A stretch of DNA of 63,823 bases, filler included, from Octopus bimaculoides (GCF_001194135.2; 5 parts of 5 records of this genome joined end to end with filler, not necessarily neighbours in it); one strand, 5' to 3'. Shown: positions 1 to 13,921, counted from the whole stretch's first letter. Translations and numbers: made by a program. The notes: generated by a model not told the origin, from the letters alone.

Positions 1-71
1 ACTGAAATATACATTGAAGAAGATAAATATGTTCATTTGAATATATACGTTTTTGCGTCGTAACTCCTTTA

Positions 72-75
<4 letters not shown>

Positions 76-118
<43 letters not shown>

Positions 119-146
119 CACACACTCACACACGCATACATACATG

Positions 147-180
<34 letters not shown>

Positions 181-215
181 TATATATATATCATGTATGT
201 GTGTATGTATACATA
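76..215. repeat. compound (TA)n/(CATA)n/(CA)n microsatellite
   Basis: Direct reading; one of many such tracts, e.g. 541-588, 3013-3057, 5849-5893 and 7090-7136. Confidence 0.95.
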
Positions 216-537
216 TCAGTTGTTGACATAAATTTGGCAGTTTCGGCACATTTAACTCTCCAGTGACTCGTTATACCCTGTCGGTAGATTTAACGATGCC
301 TACGCTTAAGATTTTTTTTTTTTGTTCTGAAGGCAGAATATGGGTGTAGAATCGCATCAAAGTACTACCAGAAAGTACAAAGGAGAGTGAATATACGAAA
401 CCAGAAAGAAAATCATGCTAAAATGCTCCTATATAAAGTTAATGATTTCAAAGAAAAAAAAACCAATGCCCTACATTTGAATGAGTATACACACACGCAG
501 GTATACACACACGCGCATGTGTGTGTGTGTGTGCGTG

Positions 538-590
<53 letters not shown>

Positions 591-1639
591 ATTAGTAGTG
601 ATGCGCAAGCTGACATAGTTGAAGTAATGAGCCGAAAATCATTTTCAACATATTGGAATTATAGCGGTAAAAAGTTTAATTATCGTTAATGACAATTGCC
701 CCGCATAATGGACAAATGACAGAACTCCCAAAATTTTATTAGAGCAAAAATTAAATTAAAGTGTGTAGAGGGGGAACGTTAGTTTCATTTTTGGTGGTTA
801 TTGTGGGTTTAAAATTTTGCTGTAAAGAAAATCCCTGATTAGGCAATTAAAAATATTGACATTGGAAAACAGCCCAAGGGAGGTCCTTGATGAAGATCAA
901 TCGTTATTTCTGAGTTACAATATTTGAGGTAATGTGTCGAAAATAATTTTTAAACTGAAATAATTGAAATTATTGCCGTAATAAGATGAAAATTAATTAG
1001 CAATAATGAACATTTCCTCTCACAAGTAGGTGTACTTACAAACTAAATGGAAATATTTGTATACGTATTTATTCTTATATTAAGACTAAAATACCTATAC
1101 GCTATGGTGACAACCTAATAAATCAAAGATCCATAACATCAGTTTTGCACAGCTTTGTAATTGTCGGATGGCTTCAAACCAAAAACATTTGACTTACTAA
1201 GAGAAAAAATATCATCTGATTTATTATACATTCCGTATCTGCACGTACGTAGATGATGATAGAATAGGGAATGTAACTTCCACTAGTTATTGCTATAATG
1301 TGAATAACTGTCATAGGTTAGCTTATTTAAATGTGAATGCAAAATTCTAATTTCAGTAAACGCTGTATTATCTTGAATAATATTTGTACCTAAATCTGCT
1401 TTCGTGGTAAGGCTGAATATACATCTTTTTCAAACAAAACTTTTAAGTAATGTTGAAAGACAAGAATGTGAACGGAAAATATACATGAATATAAAGTTAG
1501 CTAAAAGATAATTTCCAAACTTCTTGCATTTATTTATAATATCAGATTTGATGTTTAAGCTAGCTTATAGTGTTGGTGAGGTTCCTGAAGATGAAATTTT
1601 TACACCGAGTTTTCTATCTGCATATTTTAGTCCCAAAAA

Positions 1640-1800
1640 TATATGGCAGGTACATTTTACGGAATTCCAATTCCTGCTAAAGCAAGTGTAACATCCAAGC
1701 AATTGTCAAATATCGCTGCAAACACTCGTTATCTTAGTGGGGTTGTTTCTCCTATTTTTGCGAATGGAGTTGTAGTTGAAGTATCTTTGCTTCAATTGTC
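1640..1800 (-). mobile_element. possible decayed Penelope-like GIY-YIG fragment
   Basis: Minus-strand translation YIERQLKQRYFNYNSIRKNRRNNPTKITS resembles the PLE endonuclease YIG..FKxRYYNH..F..R...T.LS region. It contains stops and the match is weak. Confidence 0.25.
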
Positions 1801-3010
1801 TTTCAATATAGCACTAAAGCATTTACAACTGTTATCTTAGCTTCTGCTGAAACTAAAATTATGATTCTTAGCTAACTGCTTCAAAACTGATAACAGATGC
1901 ATATACACACGCACGGAGACACGCGCACACAGATACGAACACACAAAGACACAAGCATATCACATATATATACACACACATACACGCACACGCATATATA
2001 TGTACACACATGCATAAACATACATACACACATGCATAGATATATACATATACATACGCATACTTACGTATAAACATCGTACAATCGAAGCCATGAAATC
2101 GCATCGGTTTTCGAAATGCTTAATAAATTGATTTTACATATATATATATATTAGTAAGTATCGGTGGGTATCTATATGTGAATATATGTATATAAGCATA
2201 TATGTATATGCATGTGTATATATATATATATATATATNNNNNNNNNNNNNNNNNNNNNNNNNNNNNNNNNNNNNNNNNNNNNNNNNNNNNNNNNNNNNNN
2301 NNNNNNNNNNNNNNNNNNNNNNNNNNNNNNNNNNNNNNNNNNNNNNNNNNNNNNNNNNNNNNNNNNNNNNNNNNNNNNNNNNNNNNNNNNNNNNNNNNNN
2401 NNNNNNNNNNNNNNNNNNNNNNNNNNNNNNNNNNNNNNNNNNNNNNNNNNNNNNNNNNNNNNNNNNNNNNNNNNNNNNNNNNNNNNNNNNNNNNNNNNNN
2501 NNNNNNNNNNNNNNNNNNNNNNNNNNNNNNNNNNNNNNNNNNNNNNNNNNNNNNNNNNNNNNNNNNNNNNNNNNNNNNNNNNNNNNNNNNNNNNNNNNNN
2601 NNNNNNNNNNNNNNNNNNNNNNNNNNNNNNNNNNNNNNNNNNNNNNNNNNNNNNNNNNNNNNNNNNNNNNNNNNNNNNNNNNNNNNNNNNNNNNNNNNNN
2701 NNNNNNNNNNNNNNNNNNNNNNNNNNNNNNNNNNNNNNNNNNNNNNNNNNNNNNNNNNNNNNNNNNNNNNNNNAAACGAAAGAACATAAGGATAAACGTT
2801 TACTTCAAACTTTCATTTCGTATTTCATAAAAAAATACTCAGACAGTGGAAATTGAAAAGAAAACCAGGCTCAGCTTACCGGCTAATAATCAGAAACGAG
2901 CAACTCTGAGTAATGGAAATTGGAACCTTTCCATTATGATTTATTTAAAAAATACTATGCATTTTGTATTGAGTCCCGTAATTTATCGCTGCTTGTGAGC
3001 CACCGAGATT

Positions 3011-3058
<48 letters not shown>

Positions 3059-3683
3059 AAACAGGTAGAAATATAAAAGAAAAAAAGAAGTAGAAAGTGC
3101 ACTGGGAGTCATTTCGATGGTTTAGTTTGAAAGACTTAGCCGGTTTTTACAGATTTTTATGGTTTTCAATAGTTTTCAATAAAGAGAGATAGAGAAACAT
3201 GAGGCTATGCTGCAACTGCCTTGCCTTTGACTGGAGTTCGAAAATTCTTTTTGTTTTTTAAATTGAGAGAACATAGCTAGAATTAGTATCTGTTTAAGAA
3301 CAAATTTAATTGGCAGAGGATGGTCAAGTAATTAAACTTAGTAATGTCTGTAAGTTACCCGTTACGTCCGTACGTTATTGCCATGTGGCATTATTTTTTG
3401 TGCTGTAGGTTAATACTGACGCTATTAAGTGAACATGCCTAATAATAATCCCAAACGATCTAAATTTAATCCATCAAGCGCTACAGTGGACAGGATTTGT
3501 TTGTACGTAGTTCAGTAGCTGAATTGTTGTGATTTGCATGTATGTATATAGGCATAAAATTTTGTTCTCTAATAAATTCAAACGAGAAAAGTCTTGATTG
3601 TGTCCAAAGTTTAATGTACTGGCTGTGTAAACCTACAATGTCTAGTGGAAGATTGAGTTTGTGTGTGTAGCTCTTAGCGAAAG

Positions 3684-4006
3684 TGGAGACGCAATGGCCC
3701 AGTGGTTAGGGCAATGGACACGCGGTCGGAGGATTGCGGTTTCGAATCCCAGACCGGACGTTGTGAGTGTTTATTGAGCGAAAACACCTAAAAAAGCTCC
3801 ACGAGGCTCCGGTAGGGGGGGAGCGATCCCTGTTGTACTCTTTCGCCCCACCTTTATCTCACTCTTTCTTCCTGTTTCTTGAGTAACGCTGCGATGGATT
3901 GGCGTCCCGTCCAGCTGGCAGGAGAGCACATACGCCATAGAAACCGGGAAACAGGGCCCATGAGCCTGGCTAGGCTTTAAAAGGGCGCAAAAGAAAAGAA
4001 GAAAAA
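3684..4006 (+). mobile_element. tRNA-derived SINE (body A + tail X), full length with TSD
   Basis: A box TGGCCCAGTGG, B box GGTTTCGAATCCC, A-rich tail. TSD-like flanks GCTCTTAGCGAAAG (3670-3683) and GCTCTCAGTGAAAG (4007-4020). Confidence 0.85.
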
Positions 4007-4374
4007 GCTCTCAGTGAAAGCACTTTGTTAGTATTTATTCATTCGTGGTTTGCATTGTTGTATGAATATAATTTCTTCCTTTACTTGTGTTTGATCTGTG
4101 ATATTGACCGAACAAAAGCAAAGTGGCAAGACTTGGAATTTGGAGGACTCAATTTATTCACATGTAAGTCTCACATGGCACTGGGGTCTCATATTTATTG
4201 ACTATGAATAGCCTGTCTATTTCTGAGAGTAAGTTGTGTCTGACCTATGTCATTCTCATTACATCTTTTACATTTAATATCGTATATCAAAACCTATGAC
4301 GAACAGGTAAAATGAATTTTTAAGGTAAAAAATATGTCATTTAAACTTACATACTTTCTTTGCAAGGAGGTTGA

Positions 4375-5130
4375 TGAAGGTCCCACGATTAGGGCGGCCA
4401 CGCTTATTGACTATTGGCGTTAGGTTTGTGGTAATTTAGCGCTGGCGAGTAGTATTTTGAGTGATATTGATTATTTCGTGTATTTCGAATACTTGCTTCA
4501 TTCTTAGGTCTTGTCTTATTAGTGGTGTGTTCTGGTGGATAACGCTGTAAACTCTTGTAATTTGGGGATCATGTGTTGTAATATAGGGTACTGTTTTGGG
4601 TGTTTCTGAAATATTTGTGTTTTTCGTAGTTTTTTTAATATCTATTGCTTTTGCACGTTCTATTTGACACACTCTATTAACATTGATGGATATTGTCTCT
4701 CGAGTAGTATTTGTTTTAATTCCTAGATTCTTTAATACGAGTTTTGCAAATTGAAACAATTATTCTTGTTAGCTTAATTGAAATATTTGTCTTCGCATGT
4801 TTGGGATGAAATGTGAACAGCAGGTTTTGTTTAGAATCTGCTGCTTTGTAATGAATGTCTGTTTCAATGTTTGTTTTGATGATTAGAATGTCCAGGAACG
4901 GTCGTTGAGTTTTATTGTATTTCATGGTGAAGTTGATACTTTTGTTTATACTTTTAATTTGGTTTTTCATGTGAATAAGCTGTTCAAATGTGTGCGTCCA
5001 GTTTCCAGTTTTCTAGTAAATATGTATGAAAATCTAAGTTGTATTTTAGCTTACATTATTCATATATCTGGACCTCCATGTATCTCATGACTGGATTGGC
5101 ATAAGTTGGAGTAATATTTTTGCCTAAAAA
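4375..5130 (-). mobile_element. Penelope-like element RT/thumb/linker fragment (frameshifted)
   Basis: Peptides INFTMKYNKTQRPFLDILIIKTNIETDIHYKAADSKQNLLFTFHPKH and VPYITTHDP...IHQNTPLIRQDLRMKQ match the PLE RT C-terminus and linker. Confidence 0.8.
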
Positions 5131-5846
5131 GCCCGACTAAAACGACATGATATTGAACCTAGAGTTTCTTAAAAGAAAAAAGAAATCTGCTCCATGCTCT
5201 CAATTTTATTCAACAAACTCGACCAGATACAAACCAACACAAAAGAATCTCACGAAGTAGGAAAGAATACTTAATCCCTTACGCCATAATGTTCCAGTGA
5301 TCTGATGGGCTGAGCTTCTTTGTCTGCATTGATATGAAAATGGACAATTGCATAATACAATACGTAGCATGCATATTGGAGCAGATAAGTAGAATAATTT
5401 ATACTTTGAAATCATTATTACATAGTAATGGCTGCGAAAGGCTATAATTCTAAGTATAAGAAGTGGTTAAATAAATATATTTACCTCTCATATTTCCTGA
5501 CTGTTTATCGTTTATATATTCCACATGAAATAATTTCATCAATCGAATCTCTTAGATTTCATCTGCATAGAACTCTAGATAATATGGATTATACTCCTCT
5601 GCATAGGATTACTATGTGATATGATAGCCGGGTTCACCAGAAGAGCTTTCTGTGATAGCTACAAGATTCTATGAATCCATATATTCCACTACAAATTAAT
5701 TATAAAGCAGAATATCAATAAATACATAAATACACATTCTAAAACACAGGCACACTCACTGGTACAGTTCTGCATGCACCCACAGATCCATCCACCCACA
5801 CACGTACGCCCACATAAGCGCGTAGACACATTACATAAAGAGCAAG

Positions 5847-5895
<49 letters not shown>

Positions 5896-6489
5896 TCATC
5901 ATAATACAACTATGTAATTATTGACGTTACTCCTAGTAACAATTGTATTTACTCATGTTGCTATCGGTCATTATATTTCTATCGATTTTTTTACATCTGG
6001 TTTTGGTTTTATGATGAAGTTTATGTCTAGGATCAGAAATTTTTAAGTAAAGAGACTTAATGTCTGCTGAGTTACAGGCTGTGAGGTGAGGATTTCGCGT
6101 CATTTCATCAACCCTGTTCTGTGTCATCTCAGAAGAAGACAAGTGGTTATGTAGGAACTTCGGGACTTTAGCATAAATATGGTTTGTTACGTGAGATAAA
6201 TTTGCCAACCTTTTCAAGGACATACAGCGAACACAGAGAGACACCCTTAATGGCTTAATACAGTCTGCTGTTGTTACTGTTTAGCTGTATGTCAGCCCTG
6301 ACTGCAAAATATTATATCAATACAGGAATATGCTTGAAAATGACGTGTGCTAACCAATGAAATGTTGAGGTACTGGTGGCGTCTATATGTTTTCTTTTCT
6401 TATTTGCTTAGATAATACATCATCTAACCTATCGTAAAAATTGTGACAATTTTGCCTAGCGTCATAAGGAACAAAAGAAAGCTGCGGAC

Positions 6490-6960
6490 CCACTGCGGAT
6501 TCTTTCGGCCTCCTCCCACTGTCATGCCGTCATTGTGCTTTCACGCCATGTCGCCCTTAACAAATTCATTAAGCATGGCCTAGACGCCACAGGTTTCCCT
6601 TCCTCAGCTTGATCCAGTGGGGCTTGACAGAGGGGACGGTAAAAGTTCGGACGATATGACAATTTTACCGTTCGCAGAGGCAAGCCCCTCATTTGGGACG
6701 CTACATGCTGTGACATCCTCTCCAGCAGCAGCTTGGTGCAGTCAGCTAGTAGATCGAACTGAGAAAAGCAGTATCGGTGGCTCTTCGACAGGTTTATGGT
6801 CCAGCCTGTGACAGTCGAGACCACCGGCATTCTTGTCCCCTAACCATATCCCCACTCATCGCTGACGCGGAGAGATGGTTGTCCGTATGTATGAGCCCCG
6901 TGAGTCACAGCGACTGTTTCAGCACGTCTCCCATCCGAAGCAACACCTTTTCTATTTTGT
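6490..6960 (+). mobile_element. CRE-clade-like non-LTR retrotransposon, restriction-like endonuclease (RLE) fragment
   Basis: Frameshifted translation SRHVALNKFIKHGL..QLDPVGLDRGDGKSSDDMTILPF/RGKPLIWDATCCD..QPVTVETTG..EPRESQRLFQ follows the RH..LN..RPDG..WD.T..P.A.ET.G RLE pattern. Confidence 0.7.
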
Positions 6961-7087
6961 CTGCCGCGTCCGGGGAGGTAATTTATAACGTTTGCCCGCC
7001 GGTTTCATAAAAACAGCAACACAGTGTTCTATCTCGCATAAAGTATTTATATATTTTGATAATAAGAAAATATAAACTAATATGTAA

Positions 7088-7139
<52 letters not shown>

Positions 7140-8150
7140 CACATTTCTTCCCCAATACTAATCCTAAATCTACGGACACTACTTCCACTCTACACCGATC
7201 CACACAAAACCCTACACATCTCACTCGACCGCACCCACTGACAACCCCGAGCCTATTACAACTACAACCCCGCTCCTGATCAGCCCACTACAACCACACA
7301 CTCTAAACAACTTAAGGCCTTGAAGCGTGAGATCTTATGGTTTGCACCACTCTTCTCTCTCTAAGTTAAACCTTTTCCTAAGCTCTTCTTTAAATTTCTA
7401 AGATCTAATTTTCCACCACAGCATTCCATTTGTGAAAATCTCCTACTTCCTCACATCACACCTAACTTAGTATCCATAATGGCCTCCACGAAAAAACGCA
7501 AACTCCAACACTAGTCCTCTAAACACCTAAACTCTCACACTGCACCCCCAAGTTCGTCCACACACTAACAATAGGACAACCCTTAATAACTCACCTCAAT
7601 TAAGTAATACTAAACTCAAGCCAACATTCCACAATCCTACCTATGCGACAAAAAATACCGGCTCCAGTACAACCTCTAAACTATCTACTTTCTTAGCAAC
7701 GTACATACACAACCACAAATCACAAAATATTCCATACACCCTATCCTGGTCCATAGTAAGTGAAGCTCTCCCATACAATGCAAATATCGGTATGTGTAAG
7801 TTATGTCTAAAAGAATCACTAACCATTCTCCGCCTTCACAACTCATTACTCAATAGATTCTCTGATGTTATTCATTCTTGTAAACACTGATACTACTCAA
7901 CTTACACGCACTTCGCTAAATCTATAGAATCCTATAATAAGTTTTGATACCGAATAAACCTTTATCTGAAACAAACTCGGCCTTGCAACCTACTACTTAA
8001 TAAATACTAACCCCCACCCATCTTATTCCTTCTCAAACACACATCTCAAATGTCTTCCAAATCTTCAATTTAACCACTTCCCGCCTTCCGCCTAGCCTCC
8101 CCCACCATCCCCAAAACACATCCCAAATTTCCAAATCTTCAATGCACGTA
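7140..8150 (+). mobile_element. Penelope-like element 3' fragment (GIY-YIG C-terminus) with C/A-rich flanks
   Basis: KREILWFAPLFSL and TYIHNHKSQNIPYTLSWSIVSEALPYNANIGMCKLCLKESLTILRLHNSLLNR..HSCKH match the PLE W(F)NPP and C.LC..E..LN.R.E...C.H motifs. Confidence 0.7.
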
Positions 8151-8692
8151 TGCACGTATATACATCTATAGTTTGTTGTCAAATTTTCACGATATATGGC
8201 CGAGTTGGTAATGTATTGAAACGAATCGTTCCAAAACAGTAAGTGAAAGACTATGTATTTCAAACGTTTGGTTAATTTGTGGCGTGACTTTCAAATCCTG
8301 GTTACAGCTCATGGAAATTGACGGCCATGTTGCTAAAGTCTTTTTTTATGATAAAGTTTTTTTTATATATATATATCGACTGTCCCATATGTTTTTAGAC
8401 GCACCAGAGTTCCACGGTTATTGTTATCACTGTCGTAATAGTTTCCATGTAATAATATTTCCCACATCCTTCTGATTCTCCCTCTCTCTCTCCCTCTTTG
8501 TCATGCGTTGTCTTTTCAAGTAAATGAAATTAAAATGGCTACAACCTCCAGCCTTAATTCTGTAAGAGTTTTTCATATACCTCACTTCTTTCCTTCCTTC
8601 TTTCTCTCCACGCTAAATATTTACTCCCAATATTCTCCCTAGAAATACTCCCTTCTGAATTTCCATTTTATTGATTGGAATACTATTTAACT

Positions 8693-8734
8693 GTCCAACG
8701 AAGGTGAAATCTAATGGTCCAACGAAGGTGAAAT
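8693..8734. repeat. short tandem duplication, 24-bp period
   Basis: GTCCAACGAAGGTGAAAT occurs at 8693 and 8717. Confidence 0.8.
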
Positions 8735-8927
8735 GTAAGCATATAAGACCATAAACTTTGAGAAAGCTTATATTCGACTTAAATGCCAGTTACTCTTTGA
8801 TCTGCAATATCTATATTGAACGGACGTTGATTTATCTCCGTTTTTAGATCTACTACTTGAAGAGATATTCTCATTTGGTCGAAGATTTTCAATTCAGCAT
8901 AATAAAACTCTTATGTATATGAGGAGT

Positions 8928-9319
8928 TGTTGTTGTTGTTGGCACTCCGTCGCTGACGACGTCGAGGGTTCCAATTGATCCTATCAACGGAACAGCCTCC
9001 TCGTGAAATTAATGTGCAGGTGACTGAGCACTCCACAGACACGTGTACCCTTAACGTAGTTCTCGGGGATATTCAGCGTGACACAGTGTGACAAGGCTGA
9101 CCCTTTGAATTACAGGCACAACAGAAACAGGAAGTAAGAGTGAGAGAAAGTTGTGGTGAAAGAGTACAGCAGGGTCCGCCTCCATCCTCTGCCGGAGCCT
9201 CGTGGAGCTTTTAGGTGTTTTCGCTCAATAAACACTCACAACGCCCAGTGTGGGAATCGAAACCGCGATCCTATGACTGCGAATGCGCTGCCCTAACCAC
9301 TGGGCCATTGCGCCTCCAC
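8928..9319 (-). mobile_element. tRNA-derived SINE (body A + tail Y), full length with TSD
   Basis: Head GTGGAGGCGCAATGGCCCAGTGG, (CAA)n tail, and a perfect 11-bp TSD ATATGAGGAGT at 8917-8927 and 9320-9330. Confidence 0.9.
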
Positions 9320-10131
9320 ATATGAGGAGTACAGGTGTTTAAATTGACTTACGTATAAGTAAAACAAATAAAGAATAAGTAACCCTGGTGAGGAGATTGT
9401 CCCTAGTATTCTTTTAAATACAGGAAGATTAATGACAAAATCTACACCGGTGAACAGTAAAAAAAACGAAGAAAATATTTTTAACTAAATATATTGCCCG
9501 ATGCTCTCCCGTTGCTTCCAATCGAATCCAAATTTTGCGAGGCTCTTTACATTGTTAGGTGTATGAGTGAACAGCTCATTTTAATAAACACCTGCTTCTC
9601 CTCTCTTTTTCCATTGATTCTACATATCATTTTTATATAGAAGGCTGAATGCATAAACAGTTGTATACTTTCATTATTTTCTCACTACCTCAGGTGCTAA
9701 ATGCGCGACATGGCATTTAAATGACGTATATTAAACAAAAAAACAAAATAATAGTAAATAAGAATATACAAACGCTTTTCTGCCTGTAGAGCATTTATCA
9801 TCTGACTCATACAGAATTGCTGTAGAAGCTCAACCCACGCAAGCTTTGCCAAGTTTACAAAGAGCAATTTCGTTCAGGTTGTTTAGCCTAAACGAGCTGA
9901 AATTTCATAAAAGCGTTCTTGCTCTATGCATTTTATAGTTCTTCAAACATGAGGTGGCCCGCACTAAAATATTGTGTTTATATTTTTTTTAAAGTATTGG
10001 AATGTGATTTGAGGGAGATTTGGCTACTACATAAAATATACTGTCTTATTCAATCGCAATTTTTTTTATGTAATTATAGATCGTAAATCCATTCAAGCAG
10101 CAACAGGTGCGCACGCTTGCGTGTGTTAGTG

Positions 10132-10134
<3 letters not shown>

Positions 10135-10190
<56 letters not shown>

Positions 10191-10362
10191 NNNNNNNNNN
10201 NNNNNNNNNNNNNNNNNNNNNNNNNNNNNNNNNNNNNNNNNNNNNNNNNNNNNNNNNNNNNNNNNNNNNNNNNNNNNNNNNNNNNNNNNNNNNNNNNNNN
10301 NNNNNNNNNNNNNNNNNNNNNNNNNNNNNNNNNNNNNNNNNNNNNNNNNNNNNNNNNNNNNN

Positions 10363-10414
<52 letters not shown>
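10135..10414. repeat. (TG)n microsatellite spanning an N gap
   Basis: Direct reading. Confidence 0.95.
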
Positions 10415-10416
<2 letters not shown>

Positions 10417-10499
10417 TGTCATGCACTGGAACCATTTCTCGCCTCCTTCCACGCTTTCCTTTCTTCCATCATTTCCGAAACATAATCTTGTGTAGTTTC

Positions 10500-10723
10500 T
10501 AAATTTTTTTTCTTCTCAGAACCGCTGCACTCAACATGTACTGGTTCCAATCGTAAAAACTGCCACAAAACTTATATATTTTCCACCAGCTACCATGAAT
10601 CTGAGTTGTTGATGGTTTGGTTTCATAGTTCACAGTTAGGCACACGTTGTCCAGCAATTACGCTTCGTTATATTGGTACATGGTCCATTCAACAGCATGA
10701 CTTCTATTGCTTTTGTAAATGTC
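10500..10723 (-). mobile_element. possible highly decayed Merlin/ISXO2-like transposase fragment
   Basis: Translation LTVNYE..TTQIHGSWWKIYK..YMLSAAVLRRKKF loosely follows the TVNH..TQ.IE..W...Y...RR.F order. It contains one stop. Confidence 0.2.
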
Positions 10724-10864
10724 CAGTTAAATATATCAATACGTTTTTTACAGTAACTATGAGAATCTGAATCTTATTTTGCATTAGATTGATTTGGTAT
10801 TGTGTATATGTAAATAGTACGACTACTTTTCTAAGTAAAATCTAAAGAAACAAATATTTCTGTT

Positions 10865-11255
10865 TCTCAAACACATTTCCGGGTTCAGTTCCTCTGCGTG
10901 GCACCTTGGGCAAGTACCTTCTCCTATAGCCTTGGGCCGACCAAAGCCTTGTAAGTGGATTTGGTAGACAGAAACTGAAAGAGGCATGTCGCATATGTAT
11001 GTGTGTGTATGTGTGTATGTGAGTATCTATGTATGTCTTTGTGTCTGTCTTTACCTCCCCCCCCCCCATCACCGCTTGTGTTTGCGTTTCCTTTCAGTTT
11101 GCATTTCGGCAAAACAGACCGGTAAATAAGTACCAAGCTTAAAAATATGCGTTGGGGTCGATTTATTTGACTAAAAAAAATTCAAGGGGGTGTTCCAGCA
11201 TGACCGCAGGGAAATGACTGAAACAAGTAAGAGAATAAAAGAATAACAGAATATA
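10865..11255 (+). mobile_element. 5'-truncated tRNA-SINE with central (TG)n and CR1-like tail
   Basis: Shares GGGTTCAG..CTGCGTGGCACCTTGGGCAAG..AAAGCCTTGT.AGTGGATTTGGTAGAC and the CCAGCATG.CCGCAG..AATGACTGAAAC tail with 32324-32905. Confidence 0.85.
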
Positions 11256-11359
11256 TTCATGTATAGAAGCATGGCAGTATGGTTAAGAAGCTCATTTTAC
11301 ACCAACGTAATTAAGAAAATCGCTTTGTTGTCCAATGGTTGTCACAAGTAAAATAATAA

Positions 11360-11645
11360 GCGAATATTGATTTCATATTTTGGCAGCATTTTGTCTGGTG
11401 TGCTAACGTTCCTGCCAGCTCGCCAGCTAAAAGTAATCCTTTCTCCTAAAGGTACAAGTCTGAAATTTGGGGATAGTCGATTACATCGGGCCCATTGTTC
11501 AACTGGTACTTATTCTATCGACCCCCGAAAGGCTGAAAGGTAAAGTCAACCTCGGCGGAATTTGAACTCAGAACGTAAAGACGGCCGAAATGCCGCTAAG
11601 CATTTTACCCAACGTGCTAACACTCTCTGCCAGCTCACCGCCTTG
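11360..11645 (-). mobile_element. two adjacent copies of a short SINE family (GAGCTGGCAGAA head)
   Basis: Minus strand reads AGGCGGTGAGCTGGCAGA..GTTCTGAGTTCAAATTCCGCCGAGG..GTCGATAGAATAAGTACCAG. A second, internally deleted copy lies at about 11360-11425. Confidence 0.8.
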
Positions 11646-12206
11646 AAATAATAATAGCAATAATAATAATGAATTTTGAAAATAAATGAAGAGTAATATT
11701 TTTTCACTAACATTTCCATAATTTAAAAATAAATCAGCTTTGGGGTATGAAAGTCAAATGTGCCAACATTATGGACTTGGATAAGTTAGTGGTAAAGTAT
11801 TGCTTGTTGTTGGCATTCCCTGATGGTTTTGTTACGTGAAACTAAAATATTAAGGTAATAGCAACGTGGCTGATATATTGCTTGTTAATGAAGTAAGGGT
11901 CAGCTAATCTTCTATTTCAACACTTGAGTTTCAAATGCTATTACGTCCTAACAACTCATTAATGGTTAATTGGATTTTAACACGTATGTTTGTGTATTTC
12001 GTGAAATAGTAATACACATAAACGTACTCAGACACATAGGCATATTCGCACACAAACACATATACACTCCTGCACATGTATGTATATATATATATATATA
12101 TTTATATATATAATACTGTATACATTTATTCTTAACTCCTCCCTGTACACACTGGAACGTAGAAAATAGTTTGAACCGCTCTACTTCGAGTGCCTATTCA
12201 TACATA

Positions 12207-12248
<42 letters not shown>

Positions 12249-12265
12249 CATATATACACACACAA

Positions 12266-12296
<31 letters not shown>

Positions 12297-12359
12297 GAGA
12301 GTGAGATGGATGGATGGATGGATGTGTATGTATGTATGTATGTATGTATGTATGTATGT

Positions 12360-13520
12360 ATAAACCTAGATTCAAATTAAACATAGCATTCCGGAATGTG
12401 CGGACACTTGTTGATAATCTAAATGAATCTTCCCTGAAACGTAGAACTGCATTAGTTTCTTTGGAACTACCAGGTTACACCATTGATATCATTATCGCTG
12501 TTTGTTTTCAAAGAATCATTTTCCTGAAAGCAGACAGCTGCAAGAGTGTGGTGGTGGTGGTGGTGGTGGATACAATTTCTTTCGGAAAAGACGGAAAAGT
12601 CAAGATAATAAAGACGCAGGTTTAAGTTTCGTGATCCGCCCAAACTTAGTTCACAGACCAACAGAATTGTCCCGTGGTGTTGGTGTTGATTTTTCTGTGG
12701 TATTGGTGAATGATTGTTGACACCGTAACTGCTCCTATAAATTGAACGATATGCATCAGTGTGTATGGTCCTGCACTTGCGCGTGATATAGTTATCAAAA
12801 AGTGATTGTTTAATACTCCATAAAATACGTATTACAATATATTTCTGATAGCGATAGACTCATTCATGTTAGACACTTTTGTGCACAAGTTAGAAACGAG
12901 TGAGACACTTGAAGCTGCTTGGGAGGTTATAGTGTCGAAGAAATCCTCTATAACGGTTTACTTTCGCTGGAGTTATGTTCTGAGTTTTGCCTGCATATCT
13001 CAAGCACACAATTCAAATGCAAATGTGATCAAGTCATAACTTGGATGCATCCAGGTTCCTGCCAGTGGCATTTAATTGACTATGTGATTTTCCGCATGTG
13101 AGATATGCTGGACGTCTGCAATGTAGCACTGAACCCTGGACTGACCATGCTTTGATAAGAACCAGACGAAAGATGTTTGATAATAACACCGGTCGCCAGA
13201 AATTATAATAGGAACTCTCAAACCGTTTGGGTGTTGGAAAACTCCATTCGCCACAGGTGCTCTGCAGCAATAAATGGCGCATTGTCATACGACGCTGTTA
13301 GAGATGACCTTTATTATGCAGTTCAGGAAATTCTTGGTACAACTCCAGCAAATAGTGGAGACCGGCTTGATGAAAGCGACTAAGCTCTAAAAACGGTGCT
13401 TTCGAAGAAAAATTATATACTTCGTAAAAGTTGCAAGAAACGATTTCAAAGAAAAGGCGTCTTCGGCTGCAAGAAAATTTCAAGCGTGCATGATTCACAG
13501 TTCAACGCACTCTGTGAGTT
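12360..13520 (+). mobile_element. RTE-clade LINE apurinic endonuclease region (decayed)
   Basis: NIAFRNVRTLVDN...RRTALVSLELPGYTIDI, GGGYNFF, TWMHPGSCQWHLIDYVI and DHALIRT are RTE APE motifs. Confidence 0.8.
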
Positions 13521-13921
13521 ATGCAGAGATCCACTGGAGATTAAGACTGCCGACTATCATAGAAATAGTAGCTAATGCGAAAAGAAAATAATGATGTTTT
13601 ATAGTTTGATGAAGTAATCCTTTGAACCGAAATCTAGGTCTAAGAAAGAAAGTGGTCACCTTGTGTGCGGAGAAATCATATCTAAGAGAGGAAAATTTCG
13701 ATGAGCTGCTAAACAGCGAATCGTAAGTCGTAAGTCGAATCTACCTCCATGAAAATATTCAGCAAATACAAACTACCAACCACAGACAGACTAAGTAATT
13801 CATTTGTGAAAAAGTTGCTGGTAAATATGTCCTTCCTGTAGAGATCTATAACTTTGGCGGTGAAAGATTAGCAAAAATTATATTAGGCGCAACATAATTC
13901 TGTATGTATCTCTGTATATTC

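Noticed and set aside
387-689. ORFs rich in HT/CV/YI/ER repeats, here and throughout the window
   Set aside because: They are translations of (CA)n, (TA)n and (GA)n microsatellites.
4371-4400. TTGATGAAGG hammerhead-like start
   Set aside because: No GAAA or stem III follows; it is the antisense of PLE coding sequence.
8218-8230. GAAACGAATCGTT stem-III-like half downstream of the PLE; similar partial motifs at about 19950, 31680 and 38000
   Set aside because: The CUGANGA half is missing or too decayed to call.
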